A stretch of DNA of 64,000 nt from Picochlorum sp. SENEW3 (Eukaryota): the NCBI GenBank assembly GCA_034226945.1, contig CP120456.1, forward strand, positions 372,001 through 436,000, given 5' to 3'. Each line of letters begins with the position of its first letter. Position 1 is the first letter of the stretch. Under the pieces are notes generated by a model. The model was given only the letters and a program-made list of their open reading frames with translations, was not told the origin of the DNA and made no database searches. A program made the position numbers and the translations under genes. Positions 34,050 through 45,673 of this stretch are shown piece by piece.

Positions 34050-36222
34050 TCATGGCATCTCAAGCTTTCTTTGCTTTGTTGGAGACTTTGTCTTTCTCCG
34101 CATGTATGCAGCCAGTTTCTTAATGGGGCTCTTCTTCTTCTGTTCTTTTGAAATCTCTTTGAGAGCAAGGTCCTGTTCATTGAACAACCACTCTTCCTCA
34201 TCTGCATCTACAACACTGTTTGCCCTTGAGAGGGCTTCTACGCGAGCTGTCAGTAGAGCCTCGACCTCATCTTGAGCCTCGAGGAGATCAGATTTCGCCT
34301 TTTGCATCTGTTTCTTTGTTGTGGTCGCTTCTTGCTCTGCAGCCTCTGCCCTTTTCAGAGCTTGATTGAATTTGTTTTTGAAAAAGTTGCATTCACTTGT
34401 CAATTTGTCCACCTCTTCTTGCTTTCGTATCAGAACATCTTCCAATTCTGCGATTTTTTCTTGATTTATATGGCTCGTCTCCATGGCTTTTCGTAATTGT
34501 GATGTATGGACAGTTTCCAATTCTCCCACGGCCTCCATGTGCCTGTTATTCCGCTGCTCCATTTCAATGGCCATCTCCTCTCTCAGAGCATCCAGAGCCT
34601 GTTGCACTCTCCTCTCCTCTCGCTCTCGTAACTTTCCTGGCGTCTTCTCTTCATGTATTATAATAGGAACAGATATTTCGGCCGACTCGTTGTACAATCT
34701 CTCCGCAGTGTCTGCCCTGTGTTCCAAATGATTGATCACCGACTCTTGCTCTTTGCATGTGTGCCTGAGAGTTTCTATCTCATCCTCGTATTTGGCCTTT
34801 TCACTCGCCCACGATAATTTTGCTTCTTCATACTTGGAAGTCACGTGGACAAGCTCTTTATCTTTCATCTGTGCTGATGCCGTTACGGATTGGAGCACCT
34901 GTTGCAATGCTTTTAGTTCTGTTGCCTGCTCAGAGCTAATACTCACATGTGCCTTCAATTTTCGGCACTCAGCCGTTGCTTCAGCAGCCATTTCTTCAGC
35001 CACATCTACACGATGTCTATATGATTCGATTTCTGCTTTCGCTTGATCGAGCTCGAGATGCAGCGCCCTCTGAGAAGACACAGCATCATCACGCTCACTC
35101 ATGACGGCAATCAAGCTTTCAGCCTTCTCGGCAGCGTATTTCTTTGATGACAATGCTTCTCTTTGCAATCGATTCATCTCTCTATGCAACGCATCAAACT
35201 CTGCCCGGAACTCCTCCACATCAGCCTCGTGCTTCTTTTTTGAACCAGATAATTGAAGTTCAAGTGACTGGAACGAGTCCTGTACATCTACAAGTCTCTG
35301 TTCCAACTCCAACCGTCTATTCTTCTCATTTCTCATCAACTCTTCGGCTGTACTGGCACGAGCCTCGGCCTGATCAGCAGCAATCTGAGCATTCTCGACA
35401 TCCTCCCTCAATGCCTGCATGGACGTTGACTCACGATCCAAAGATGCCTTGATGGTCTCCAGCTCTTCCATCGAATGCTCGGCTTCCCTCTCTGCCCTTT
35501 CCTTCTTCACCCGAGTATCCTTCAGCTCGGCTGCCATCGACACCAATTTATCCTGGAGATTTGAGATTTCTGTCTTCAACTCGTCCACAAACACATCCCG
35601 CTTCTCCACCTTTGATGCATATCGCGCGACTTTACTTTCCAACATTCGAATCGTCGCCGACATCTTTGAATTACTCTTTTCCAACGAATCATACGAGTCT
35701 GCCCGCCTTGCCCTCTCTGCAAGCGCCAAATCAACATCCCTTCTCTTTGAATCACTACGAAGAGCCAAGATCTCTCTTCTCAACTGCCCCACACTCTTTG
35801 TTGTTGGTACCACCCCGCGTTTCACGCCTTGATCTACTGGGCTGGCGTCACCATGGTGGTGGTGATGCTGATGATGCACAACATGCTCCAAGTCTTGTGC
35901 CATCTTTTGCCTGCACATAAAGCACACACAACGATCAGTCAACTCCATACACAGAATGCCCAGACGATTGATTGACATACCACGTAGCCAGCTTTGCCTT
36001 GGCCTGTTCAAATCCATTGTATCGCGTGCTATTGCTTCCATCATGGCCCATGGTTTGTTTCAACCTCTCACGCCTGGAAGAGTCAGCTGCGGACTTGAAT
36101 TCCCTCCACGCAGATATAAATCCACTGTTGTCATCATATTCCTTATTTTTCATATTTGTACCTATTTTCTCAATGCCATTTGTGGCATTCGCGGGGCTGT
36201 CAAAGACGTCAACAGTCGTCAT
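34050..36222 (-). CDS. long coiled-coil protein of unknown function (intron at about 35911-35980)
   Basis: About 600 aa of E/K/A/Q heptads; upstream exon joined by GTATGT..GCAG. Confidence 0.75.
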
Positions 36223-36608
36223 GGCGACAATGTCAGTTGGTAACGGTCAACACCGGGTATTGCCGCAATACCTATTCTCGGAACCCGGCAATATCATAAA
36301 TCATATAAATACCAGGTATGCTGCTCTTTGTATCCGGTTTCCTTCATGTTTGAGATGTCTTGGCGAGAGAATCACCTCTCATGAAATGGTCCCGGTAGAA
36401 TGTATGATTTGATGGGACATATTCACATCATACATAGTCGAACCACGGGATGGCACATTTTCTCTCACAGGGATGCACACGAGGACAACTCAATCAATTA
36501 TGATGCATCAAGATGAAATCTTTAGTTCAATTCATCTGCCGGATGTAGATATGTCATGCATGTAGCAGTGCGCCAGAAGAAGCAGGTAGTTATGGTCTGT
36601 TGCATACC

Positions 36609-38666
36609 ATGGTAGTGAGGACGCACTATCGTAGGCCACGGAGGCATGGAAGTCGATTATATATAGCATTATGTTTGTTTGGGTGCATTGTAATAGGTGC
36701 GTGTGGCTGTTATGGTTGGTGCTGCGTGGTTTTGTGAAACCAAGGGATGAGGACAAGGCCCTGTACTCTACTGACGAGCGTGTGGTTTGTAGGATACCAC
36801 ATGGTGGTGGGATTCGTGTCGAATCATCACTCCTATAGTGGTGGGAGTGGTCATGGGAAAGGTGGCATGTATAGTGCGGGGAGAATGGATGCACTGATGG
36901 AAAGGCAGGATGGGGTACAAGGCACATTGCGTCAGGATACTCCTGAACGTCTGCATCAGGATGGCCGTGCCACCACTCGATCGGGTGTGCAATCTTCCAT
37001 TACGCGTCACGATCATGTGGACGAGACGCGTGGAAAGAAGAATCCTGTGCCGGTGATGGTCTCTCCTGCTGCTCGACCACAACCACCGAAGAGCCCTGCA
37101 AGGAAGAAAGAAGAGGCAGCGCGCGAGCCACCGTCTATTCATGACACAAAGCAGTATTCTAGTAAACGTATACATGAGGGAAAAGAGGATATGTACCCAC
37201 CCCCTCAGCGCTCTGTAGGTGCCAAGAAGAAGAAGGACCCACCTGCATCCTGCAGGATTCATGTATGGGATGCAGAGAGAAAGGCCCCAGGCCTTGGTTT
37301 CTCTGCATGCAATATATCTGATGTATGGCCTTTTGATCATCCTGGCAGTGGTATTGATGGCATGTATAGGACTGCCCATCAAAATGCTCCGCATGCTATT
37401 GGCTATTGGCTTGCTGAGGCTGTGAAAAAGAGTGCACTGTATGAAGAGAATTTTGATAGGGCTGATTTAATTCTTCTGAATACGTACGTTTTATTAGGTT
37501 GCGTCATCAGTAAAGGAGGTTGTGTGCTGACATATTTGTTCATTTTGCATTGTAGGCATTGTTATGAATCATGGTACTACATTTTACAAAACCGTCAGGC
37601 TGATGTTCGGGATGGTGCCCTTGATCCCATCAACGAAGTTTCTTTACAAATTTCCAAGATTTTGGTCGAGGGATTGATGACCTCGACGCAATTTGTTCGC
37701 TCCAAGGGGAAAAAGTTTGTCTTGGTGAGGCCAACTTTGGGTGCCCCACCTGGTGTAATGTTGGACACGTGTGCCAAATTCAAGTCGTCATTTATTGTGG
37801 CAACGGAGCGAGGCACCTTCTGTGATAATGATAGAGACAGAGCATTTCGAGGTGATTCCGTCATTCTTCCTATGGTTGCAGAGGGCGGAAAACATAAGAT
37901 ATTGCCTCTGGAGAAGAGAGACACGATGCTGTACATTCATATACCATGTCACTCAAAAGGAAATACCAAGTCACCCGGGATGGTGCTGCTTGATTCTATT
38001 TCGAATGAATTGAAGAAAACAACCAACAATAAGGAAGGCATTGTCGTGGACTATATGGAAGATAGCTGTAAAGCCATGGCATCTTCGGGTGGGCGGGCAT
38101 CAATGATTGACCGGATGAAAAGGTCACGCTATTGTGCCATCCTACCTTCGGCAGATCGACAGGCAACTACCCAATTACCACTTGCAGTTCAACAAGGATG
38201 TATTCCAGTGTTTTTAGGCCCTCCTTTTCATGCCATGCCGATGGTTCTAGACGTTGAGTATTCAAACATTGCCCTGTTCATTCACATGGTTGACCACACA
38301 CGATCACTCTGGGCATTAGATGAAATGTCTATGGCGGATGGTGACTTGGAACCTGATGCAACAATACGATCAAATCCAATAGAGGTGCCAAATATTGTTG
38401 ATGCGATCAATCATCTCAGGAATATTCCCGCACCTCTTGCTCAGAAATTGCATCAAGCAACTCTTCAGGAGTCCCATAAATTCTCATACCATAGTACTGG
38501 AGGTGAACAAGAGTCTGCAGTAGATATCGCTATAGGCCTGATGTGTGATTACTCTACAAGAATGCAGGAAGAGAATAAGCGCAAGGCTCTCGAGAGAGTA
38601 AGCAGCCCTGATGGTTCCATAGAGAAAAAGTCCCCAGGGAATAAGAAAAAGACAACACATGCATGA
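36609..38666 (+). CDS. exostosin (GT47)-like glycosyltransferase, type II membrane; introns 36697-36792, 37484-37555
   Basis: Spliced N-terminus RRPRR + hydrophobic anchor; ADLILL, MKRSRYCAILP, AVQQGCIPVFL motifs. Confidence 0.8.
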
Positions 38667-38700
38667 CATGTCGGGCAATTACATTCGTATTTATTGTAAT

Positions 38701-40575
38701 CTATGCTTTAATAAGAATATCTTTCAAGATTGGTATGCTGGAAAGGGCCATCCAAACATCGTCTTCACTCACTTTGAGCTGTACTCTGGTTCTAGCCATG
38801 CCAGAATTGCCGTGACCATTGTTCAACTGAATCAATCCCAAAGTGGACAAAACTTCCATCGCTGTTACGAACTCACTATGCGAGTACTGCTCAACGCCAG
38901 ATTTTGAACAGAGAGTCCTATGATTACTCTCGATTTCTGTCAAGGTGACAATGCTCTTGGCTTTGGATGTGTCCACTCGACCAATGCTAGTATAGGTCGG
39001 CAAGCTGACCACATTATGGTTTAATTTCATCCCCATCAACTGCGACTCTCTTTTCTCAGATGATTTGAGCCCCCGTGCTTTCAGATTTTCCCCGATCATG
39101 GCGCCAACGACACACATGATGAGCTGCTGAGGTACAGGCAGTGTGCGGATAGAATTCACATGCTCATTGGATGCACCAATTCCACCAGACACTTTGCTCA
39201 ATGCTCGAGCCATATGGGTCATACCAACTAAAGGCTTTGGTGACGTAGTTTGATCTTCTCCATCCACGGATCGATTATTGAATTCTTTTGTAGCAAAATC
39301 TACTGCCAAGGAAGCTGCACTGAGTGCGCGCCTCATATCACCTGTTCCATTGGCAATCTTTCTGGCGCAGAATTCTATCGCTCTATTGTCAAATACAGGT
39401 CCTGGAAGACGTCCAAGCCTCTCTCGAATCAATTGAGACACTTGATCCCTCAAGTATGTGGGAAATACTACATTTTTTGGCTTCAAGTTGAATCTATGGA
39501 GGATTGCCCCCGGCCTCATGAATTGCTGCATCAGGTCAATACTGTTCGCAATACCAATGATGACCAGTCTGGATTCTTTAGCAGAAGCTAGAGAAATAAG
39601 ACTACCGACAATCTCCTCGCAATCCTTGCCTTCAAGCATGCCATCAATTTCGTCAAGAATCAACAAGATCATCCCAGTTTGTTTCACCAGATCAATCTCA
39701 CTGATACTTGAACGTCTCCTTTTCCCAGATATTTTCCCTATTTCATGTTTGGCAACTACTGGAGAATGTATGATGTTTTTGAGGTGCTCCTGAGGGGATA
39801 GGTCTGCCCATGGCCCTGACAAGACGACAGCCTTGTCATCATTATCTGGCACTTGCACCACCGGGTCTTCACCCAGCTGCCCACTTACAGTCTTTAATGC
39901 TGCAGTTTTAAATGCATCTATGATTCTCATGAGGACATCCTTCGCAGTCTTGCTTCTCATGCAGTTGATCGAGAGAGCAACAGGTGGTGCACAATCTGTT
40001 TGGTTGAGCTTTTCGACAGCTTGCCGAACAATGGATGTCGCAGCAAGTGTTTTACCGGTACCTGGGACACCTGATAGATAAATGGCGCCCCCAGCATGAC
40101 GCGACGTGCAGTCATCTAACCATTCAGTGATACACTCTACTTGCTTTTCTCGACATGACGGAATGCAATTCGTCTCTGCACTGCCCACATGCAGGCATGT
40201 TTTTACCTCTCTCACAATATCCTCATCCCTTGGATTCCACCAGAGTGGGTCATCTCCTTGTGCTGGAGAGTCCCGACTCAAATGCCCTACATGGGTACTG
40301 TTCTCTGGGGCCTCTTCTGAAATCTTGGTCCTCTTCTTCTCTGAATGGCCATGGTCTTCCTGACAAAGCTGATCATCTGATGTATCTTCAGGACGCTGTT
40401 GTCTTCTCTCAGAACACTGCCTCTTCTTGCCTGCAGAGGTTTCTCTTTTGGACGTGGCCACAGCGTTCCTCCTTTTCCTTTGTGACGCAGGATTGCCATC
40501 CACCTGAAAGACCTCACTCAGCCTTCTATTCCTTCTTGAGCGGACTTGAACACCGGATGATCGTGTCGTAACCAT
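38701..40575 (-). CDS. CDC6: cell division control protein 6 (replication licensing AAA+ ATPase)
   Basis: CREKQ, IYLSGVPGTGKT, INCM, ILDEID, IGIANSIDL, AIEFCARKIA..TGDMRRAL, winged-helix C-terminus. Confidence 0.93.
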   Translation of the reverse strand: MVTTRSSGVQVRSRRNRRLSEVFQVDGNPASQRKRRNAVATSKRETSAGKKRQCSERRQQRPEDTSDDQLCQEDHGHSEKKRTKISEEAPENSTHVGHLSRDSPAQGDDPLWWNPRDEDIVREVKTCLHVGSAETNCIPSCREKQVECITEWLDDCTSRHAGGAIYLSGVPGTGKTLAATSIVRQAVEKLNQTDCAPPVALSINCMRSKTAKDVLMRIIDAFKTAALKTVSGQLGEDPVVQVPDNDDKAVVLSGPWADLSPQEHLKNIIHSPVVAKHEIGKISGKRRRSSISEIDLVKQTGMILLILDEIDGMLEGKDCEEIVGSLISLASAKESRLVIIGIANSIDLMQQFMRPGAILHRFNLKPKNVVFPTYLRDQVSQLIRERLGRLPGPVFDNRAIEFCARKIANGTGDMRRALSAASLAVDFATKEFNNRSVDGEDQTTSPKPLVGMTHMARALSKVSGGIGASNEHVNSIRTLPVPQQLIMCVVGAMIGENLKARGLKSSEKRESQLMGMKLNHNVVSLPTYTSIGRVDTSKAKSIVTLTEIESNHRTLCSKSGVEQYSHSEFVTAMEVLSTLGLIQLNNGHGNSGMARTRVQLKVSEDDVWMALSSIPILKDILIKA

Positions 40576-41066
40576 ATCGCCCGTCCGATTGTCAGGATTT
40601 ATTGTCAATTCGTTTCAGTCAACAATGAATTCAACGAGCGAAGGACCACTTCCACACTTAATGGGTCTACACAGCCGTTCAGTGATTAAGTAATGTCTAA
40701 AATAGTCAAATGTAATCTGAAAATAACAAATATGCGTGAGATCATGCGTCTTTGATCAGATTGTGCTCTCTTAGATCTGCTCACACGGAGCAATTTGAAT
40801 TTGAAATTGTCCCGCCTGCAGCCACGGAGTATTTACGTACCAGAGTGTCTTTAAAGTCAATAACATGTATTAAAACGTATATTAGGTGATTAGTCACTGC
40901 ACAATGAACCGTGGAATGCGAGTTTAATGACACCCTCTTCAGGCAGATTCTGCTCCAGGTGACTACCTAATCAAGGAACATCATTTCATTGATACTGATG
41001 ATGATCATCATACAGCCGGGTCGTGCTTCAACTCTTGATCGCTTTGGACATTGAAATACAGCGGCG

Positions 41067-42116
41067 CTATTCGTTCGACTTGGTCTTTTCTAATTCAGCT
41101 TTTAAGACGGCAACTTCTCGCTGAGCCTTCTCAACAAGCTCTACTGCTCGATCTTCAACTGTCTCTACTAGAAGTGCAGCCTCGGCTCTAATTTCATACG
41201 ATCTCTTTTTGGCTTCTGATGCGACAGCTTGTGCAACCTCTGCGGCATCCGAGACATCGTCACGAACGACTGATGCATCATCCACCACTTGCACCTTCCT
41301 AGGTCTGCCCCTCTTTCGCTTGGGTTTCTCCTCAGCGTCACCACGCAATGATACCTCGGTCTGTAATTGAATCAATTTATTCCGCAGCTTTTCGTTTTCT
41401 TGTCGCAATGACGCTGAAATATCCTTTTCCATTTCTATGTCAGCCAAGGCCTTCATCTCTTTCTGAAGATATTCTCTTGCATCATGAGCTGCCAGCACAA
41501 TATCCTCCTCCAATTTGGATATTACCTTCTGCTGCCTCTTTATTTCTTCGAGAGCTTCATCTCTTTCTTGCTGAGCCATCTTGATCCCCTCCAATGTCTT
41601 TTCAATGTAGGCATTGGAACTGTCAAGAGTCTTCTCAGCAGCAAGACGCCCCAATTTCTCGTCAGCGAGCTGCTCTTCATACATCTGTAAAGAATTTGAA
41701 TGAGACTGAATTTCATTCTTCAAGGATTCATTCTGACGAGACAAATATTCAATATCCTCATACGCTTGCTCTAGTCTGAACAGCATCTCATTCTGCTCCT
41801 TGAATACCAGCTCAATCTGGTCATCTCTTTGATGCAATTCATTCGTCACAGCATCCAACTTTCTGCTCAGAGCCATATTGTCCTCTTCAAGACCCGATTT
41901 GATCGATAAGAGCTCGTGAAGGTGCTGTTCCAGATCTGTAGTATCCCCTGACGCCTCAGGCGTCGCCAAGGCAACGACAGGTGGTCGTCGAAACCCTTTG
42001 CCGCATCTAGAAATTCCACACGCCACAGTATATCCCCTTGATGGATCAAAAGACACATTCCCCATGATCTGGGGTTGAGAGGGGGGTCGCAGGTATCTCG
42101 AGGCCAGACTGCACAT
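41067..42116 (-). CDS. coiled-coil protein with AT-hook, transit-peptide-like N-terminus
   Basis: Long heptad region followed by KRKRGRPRK. Confidence 0.7.
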   Translation of the reverse strand: MCSLASRYLRPPSQPQIMGNVSFDPSRGYTVACGISRCGKGFRRPPVVALATPEASGDTTDLEQHLHELLSIKSGLEEDNMALSRKLDAVTNELHQRDDQIELVFKEQNEMLFRLEQAYEDIEYLSRQNESLKNEIQSHSNSLQMYEEQLADEKLGRLAAEKTLDSSNAYIEKTLEGIKMAQQERDEALEEIKRQQKVISKLEEDIVLAAHDAREYLQKEMKALADIEMEKDISASLRQENEKLRNKLIQLQTEVSLRGDAEEKPKRKRGRPRKVQVVDDASVVRDDVSDAAEVAQAVASEAKKRSYEIRAEAALLVETVEDRAVELVEKAQREVAVLKAELEKTKSNE

Positions 42117-42223
42117 GTTCAAAAACACTCGGCACACAGACAAAAAGACTGATTACTATCCCCTCAAATCCCCAATTTACACGAATTTGAATATTAAAAA
42201 GTATTAAAAGTGCACTATGAGAG

Positions 42224-43312
42224 TCAATCAGTGACTTTTTTGACAGCGGAAAAGTCCTCATCTCCAAGCTGCGCATCCAAGGCCTTTTCAAACGTTTCCG
42301 TCGCTGCAGCTGCCGCAGGAACCCGTGCCCCCGTCTCTTTCGCAAGCTCCATGGCGAATCTCATATCTTTGAGCTGATGCTTGAGTGGGAATGCCGTGGG
42401 GTACTCATCCTTCAACATGGCCGGGCCTTTCAGAGCAAACATGGGGTTGGCCATGGCTCCGTTGGCCAGCACGGCAAGCAAATCTTCTGCACTCAGGCCC
42501 GAGGCCTCGGCCAATTTGATTCCTTCCGCGAAGGATTCCATCATCGTTCCCATAATCATATTGACCACAATCTTCATATTAGCAGCGTTGATAATATCAC
42601 CGAGATAGACTGTCAACTTTCCCATGATATCCAACAGAGGGAGTGCTGCTTCATACAAGCCCTTGTCTCCTGCTGTCATGAATATCAACGTTCCCGTTTC
42701 TGCTGGTCCTTTAGACCCAGAAACAGGGGCAGCCAAATATGTCCCACCTGTGGACGAGATCTCTTTCGAAATTCGCATGGATGTCTCTGCCTCAACAGTA
42801 CTCACATCCACATACCCTTTGCCTGGGCCCATCCCTTGCAGCAACCCATCATCACCAAATGCAACCGCATCGAATGATGCTCCATCAACAAGTACACTGA
42901 TTATAATTTCGCTCTGTTCTACAACATCGCGCGGTGTCTTGGCGACAGTGACAGACTCTCCATACTGGGAAGCCATCTTCTCACACTTTTCAGAACTTCT
43001 GTTCCAAACAGTGACATGATAACCAGCCTTGAGCAGATTTTCCGTCATTGGGTATCCCAAAATCCCTAATCCAATGAACCCAACCCGAGTTTCTCCAGGT
43101 TCAGCTTTTTCAAAAGTTGCCATGGTGGACATGTGAACTCTTCTCAATCTCTCAGCGCTGATGAATCGATCCGATCGTTTGGACAGAGTATGCCTAGTGT
43201 ATGATTGTTTGAAATACGCAGGCGTACGTTGCGTGAAATTCGCCTGATATGCTGGTAGTCTTGTTGAAGAATAACAGTCTGTCAGTGATCTCTGGATTTG
43301 AGCCACGTTCAT
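42224..43312 (-). CDS. GLYR: glyoxylate/succinic semialdehyde reductase (beta-hydroxyacid dehydrogenase family)
   Basis: GFIGLGILG, VWNRS, GKGYVDVSTV, APVSGSKGPA, MKIVVNMIMG, FPLKHQLKDMR. Confidence 0.92.
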   Translation of the reverse strand: MNVAQIQRSLTDCYSSTRLPAYQANFTQRTPAYFKQSYTRHTLSKRSDRFISAERLRRVHMSTMATFEKAEPGETRVGFIGLGILGYPMTENLLKAGYHVTVWNRSSEKCEKMASQYGESVTVAKTPRDVVEQSEIIISVLVDGASFDAVAFGDDGLLQGMGPGKGYVDVSTVEAETSMRISKEISSTGGTYLAAPVSGSKGPAETGTLIFMTAGDKGLYEAALPLLDIMGKLTVYLGDIINAANMKIVVNMIMGTMMESFAEGIKLAEASGLSAEDLLAVLANGAMANPMFALKGPAMLKDEYPTAFPLKHQLKDMRFAMELAKETGARVPAAAAATETFEKALDAQLGDEDFSAVKKVTD

Positions 43313-43612
43313 GCCTTGCCCGCGCGTATCCGTATTGATCCGGGTGGGATATATCTAGTAAAATAATATATAAGTTTTTAAGGCAGCTTGAGACACAATG
43401 TGTAACATCATAGCTGATGGCTCATGTCTACCACCACCACCAGTCATGTACCGCCAGGGCATGGCCAAGAAGAACCCTACCGGCCACATGAGCATCTCAT
43501 GATTCATCGTGTGATTACTTTTTAAATAGTAGATACTATGGATCACATAGTTGGGCAGTTTTCTCTGCCAACACGTTCGTTAACAAAATACAAGTCGATG
43601 ATTCCTAACCAA

Positions 43613-45433
43613 TTACTTCTTACGGGAGGCAGATGCAAGTCTATCTTCCTCAATCATCTGTGACAACTCAAACATTCTCTCCAAAGCCTCCATATTTGCC
43701 AGAGTCTGTGTTACAGCCTCTGGGTCAGCTCCATCACAACGCAGAGCAGTCATTGGGCCGTGGAGCAGCTTGTTCACAATACCCTTGCTAAGTTCTTCTA
43801 TGGCCTTTTTCTGCTTGTTGGTCAATCCATCCCCAAAGCTGTTCAGTGCCTTTTCAAGTTCTGCACTTCGCACAGACTCTGCTTTTCCACGAAGTGCCTT
43901 AATTGTTGGAACAGTTTCCAAAGAATCTCTCCATGCTTCGAAAGACATTTGCTCTTCATTCAGGAGAACCTCAGCCTCTGCAGCAGCCTTGGCACGGGCT
44001 TCTGTGTTGGCAGCGACGACTTCCTTCAAATCATCGACATTGTACACGATGGAACCACACGAGTCGACGGAAATATCGGCAGCGATGTTACGAGGTACAG
44101 AAATGTCAACAAATCTGCGGACTCCTCCCACTGCATCTGGTGCTGCTGGCATGTTTGCAACATCTGATGCATGGATGAGCAATTCCTCTGATCCTGAGGC
44201 GGCAAAAATAACATCAGAGTTGGCAACACACTCCATCAACTCTGGCATGAGGTGGATATCAAAATCAACCTCTGGGAATTCCTCTGCGAGAGCCTCACAA
44301 CGTGGAAGAGATCTGTTCAAGAGGGTGATTTTATTGCACCCTTTTGAATGCAAGTGCTTGACCAACAACTTTGACATCTTTCCAGCTCCAATAATGCACA
44401 CGCGAGCATCATCGAATGTATTACCAGGGAGTTTCAACTGAGCCAATTCTGCGGCGGCAGAAGACACGGACACAGCACCAGATGCAATGGAGGTCTCTGA
44501 ACGCACCCTCTTGCCTGCTGTCACAGCCTGCTTGAACAATCCATTCAAATGGCGCCCAAAGCCAGGGCAGTTTTGACCAACCTTGTGCACCTGCTTCACC
44601 TGAGCCAAAATCTGGCCTTCTCCCATGACAAGAGAGTCCAGCCCACCGGACACGCGGAGAAGATGAGAGGTGGCATCTCTGTCCCTGAGCAGGAAGAGGT
44701 GAGGCCTCAGTTCATCAAGAGGAATGCCGCTCGCCTTGGACATCCATTCTTCTACTTCTCTCACACCTCTGTGGAAAGAAAGCCCGACCACGTAGATCTC
44801 CATGCGATTGCACGTCGACAAGACAGCTGCCTCTTCGATGTGTGGATAGGCACACAGTTCCTCAATAGCACGAGGCCACTCTGGCTCTGGCACTGCCAAT
44901 TTCTCACGCAACTCGACTGGGGCATTATGCACAGTGAGGCCGATAGCGATAATACTGCTTTTCTTTTCCATCGCATATCCTGCGTAGGTCAGACGTGAAC
45001 AGAGTGAGTGAGCACGTGAAAACAATTGACAAGGTTGCGGATCGCCCGCCTTATCCTGATCCAGTCCCGGCCACTCCCTTCCGAGAGAGCCCCAGACCGG
45101 TCAAGTTGGACGATCAAATCCTTTCGTCCAAGATACGTCAGTAACCACGAGGACACCCCGTCCCAACCCCTGCGATACTCATTGACATCTCAACGTACTG
45201 TTAATTCCTTTCCCATTGCTGATCTCAATCTGCTTGAGGGCATTTTGAGAGGCAGAGACGTGAGTCGCTGGCAGTTTGACACCCACGCCAGCAGACTCGG
45301 TCCCGACGTCTTGTTCTACCGCTGCTGCTCGAACATATGGACGAATCACTTGCAAATGTGGTGTACTTGTCTGAGATTTGCCATATGCATGCTTGTTGGC
45401 AGCTACATGACACCGTAACATGTGGCTCGCCAT
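43613..45433 (-). CDS. HEMA: glutamyl-tRNA reductase, plastid; exons 45199-45433, 43613-44979
   Basis: APVELREKL, LSTCNRME, GLDSLVMGEGQILAQVK, IIGAGKM, DISVPRNI, NKLLHGP. Confidence 0.97.
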
Positions 45434-45673
45434 GGCGCTCGATATATTCACGCGTTATCACGGCACCAGAAGCAAATACAGAGATCCTACTCTAGAGATA
45501 ATGGGAATTGGAATATTAAATTATTCCACAGTCTTTATATACAGCCATGAATGGCGCGGTTCAGGAGTGTTCTACCAGTTGTGATCCACATTCCAATCCG
45601 GATTCGGCTTTGGAGAAGGCGCCCTTTTTTTGGATGATGATGATCAACAACTCACAAGTTACACGTCATTCAT

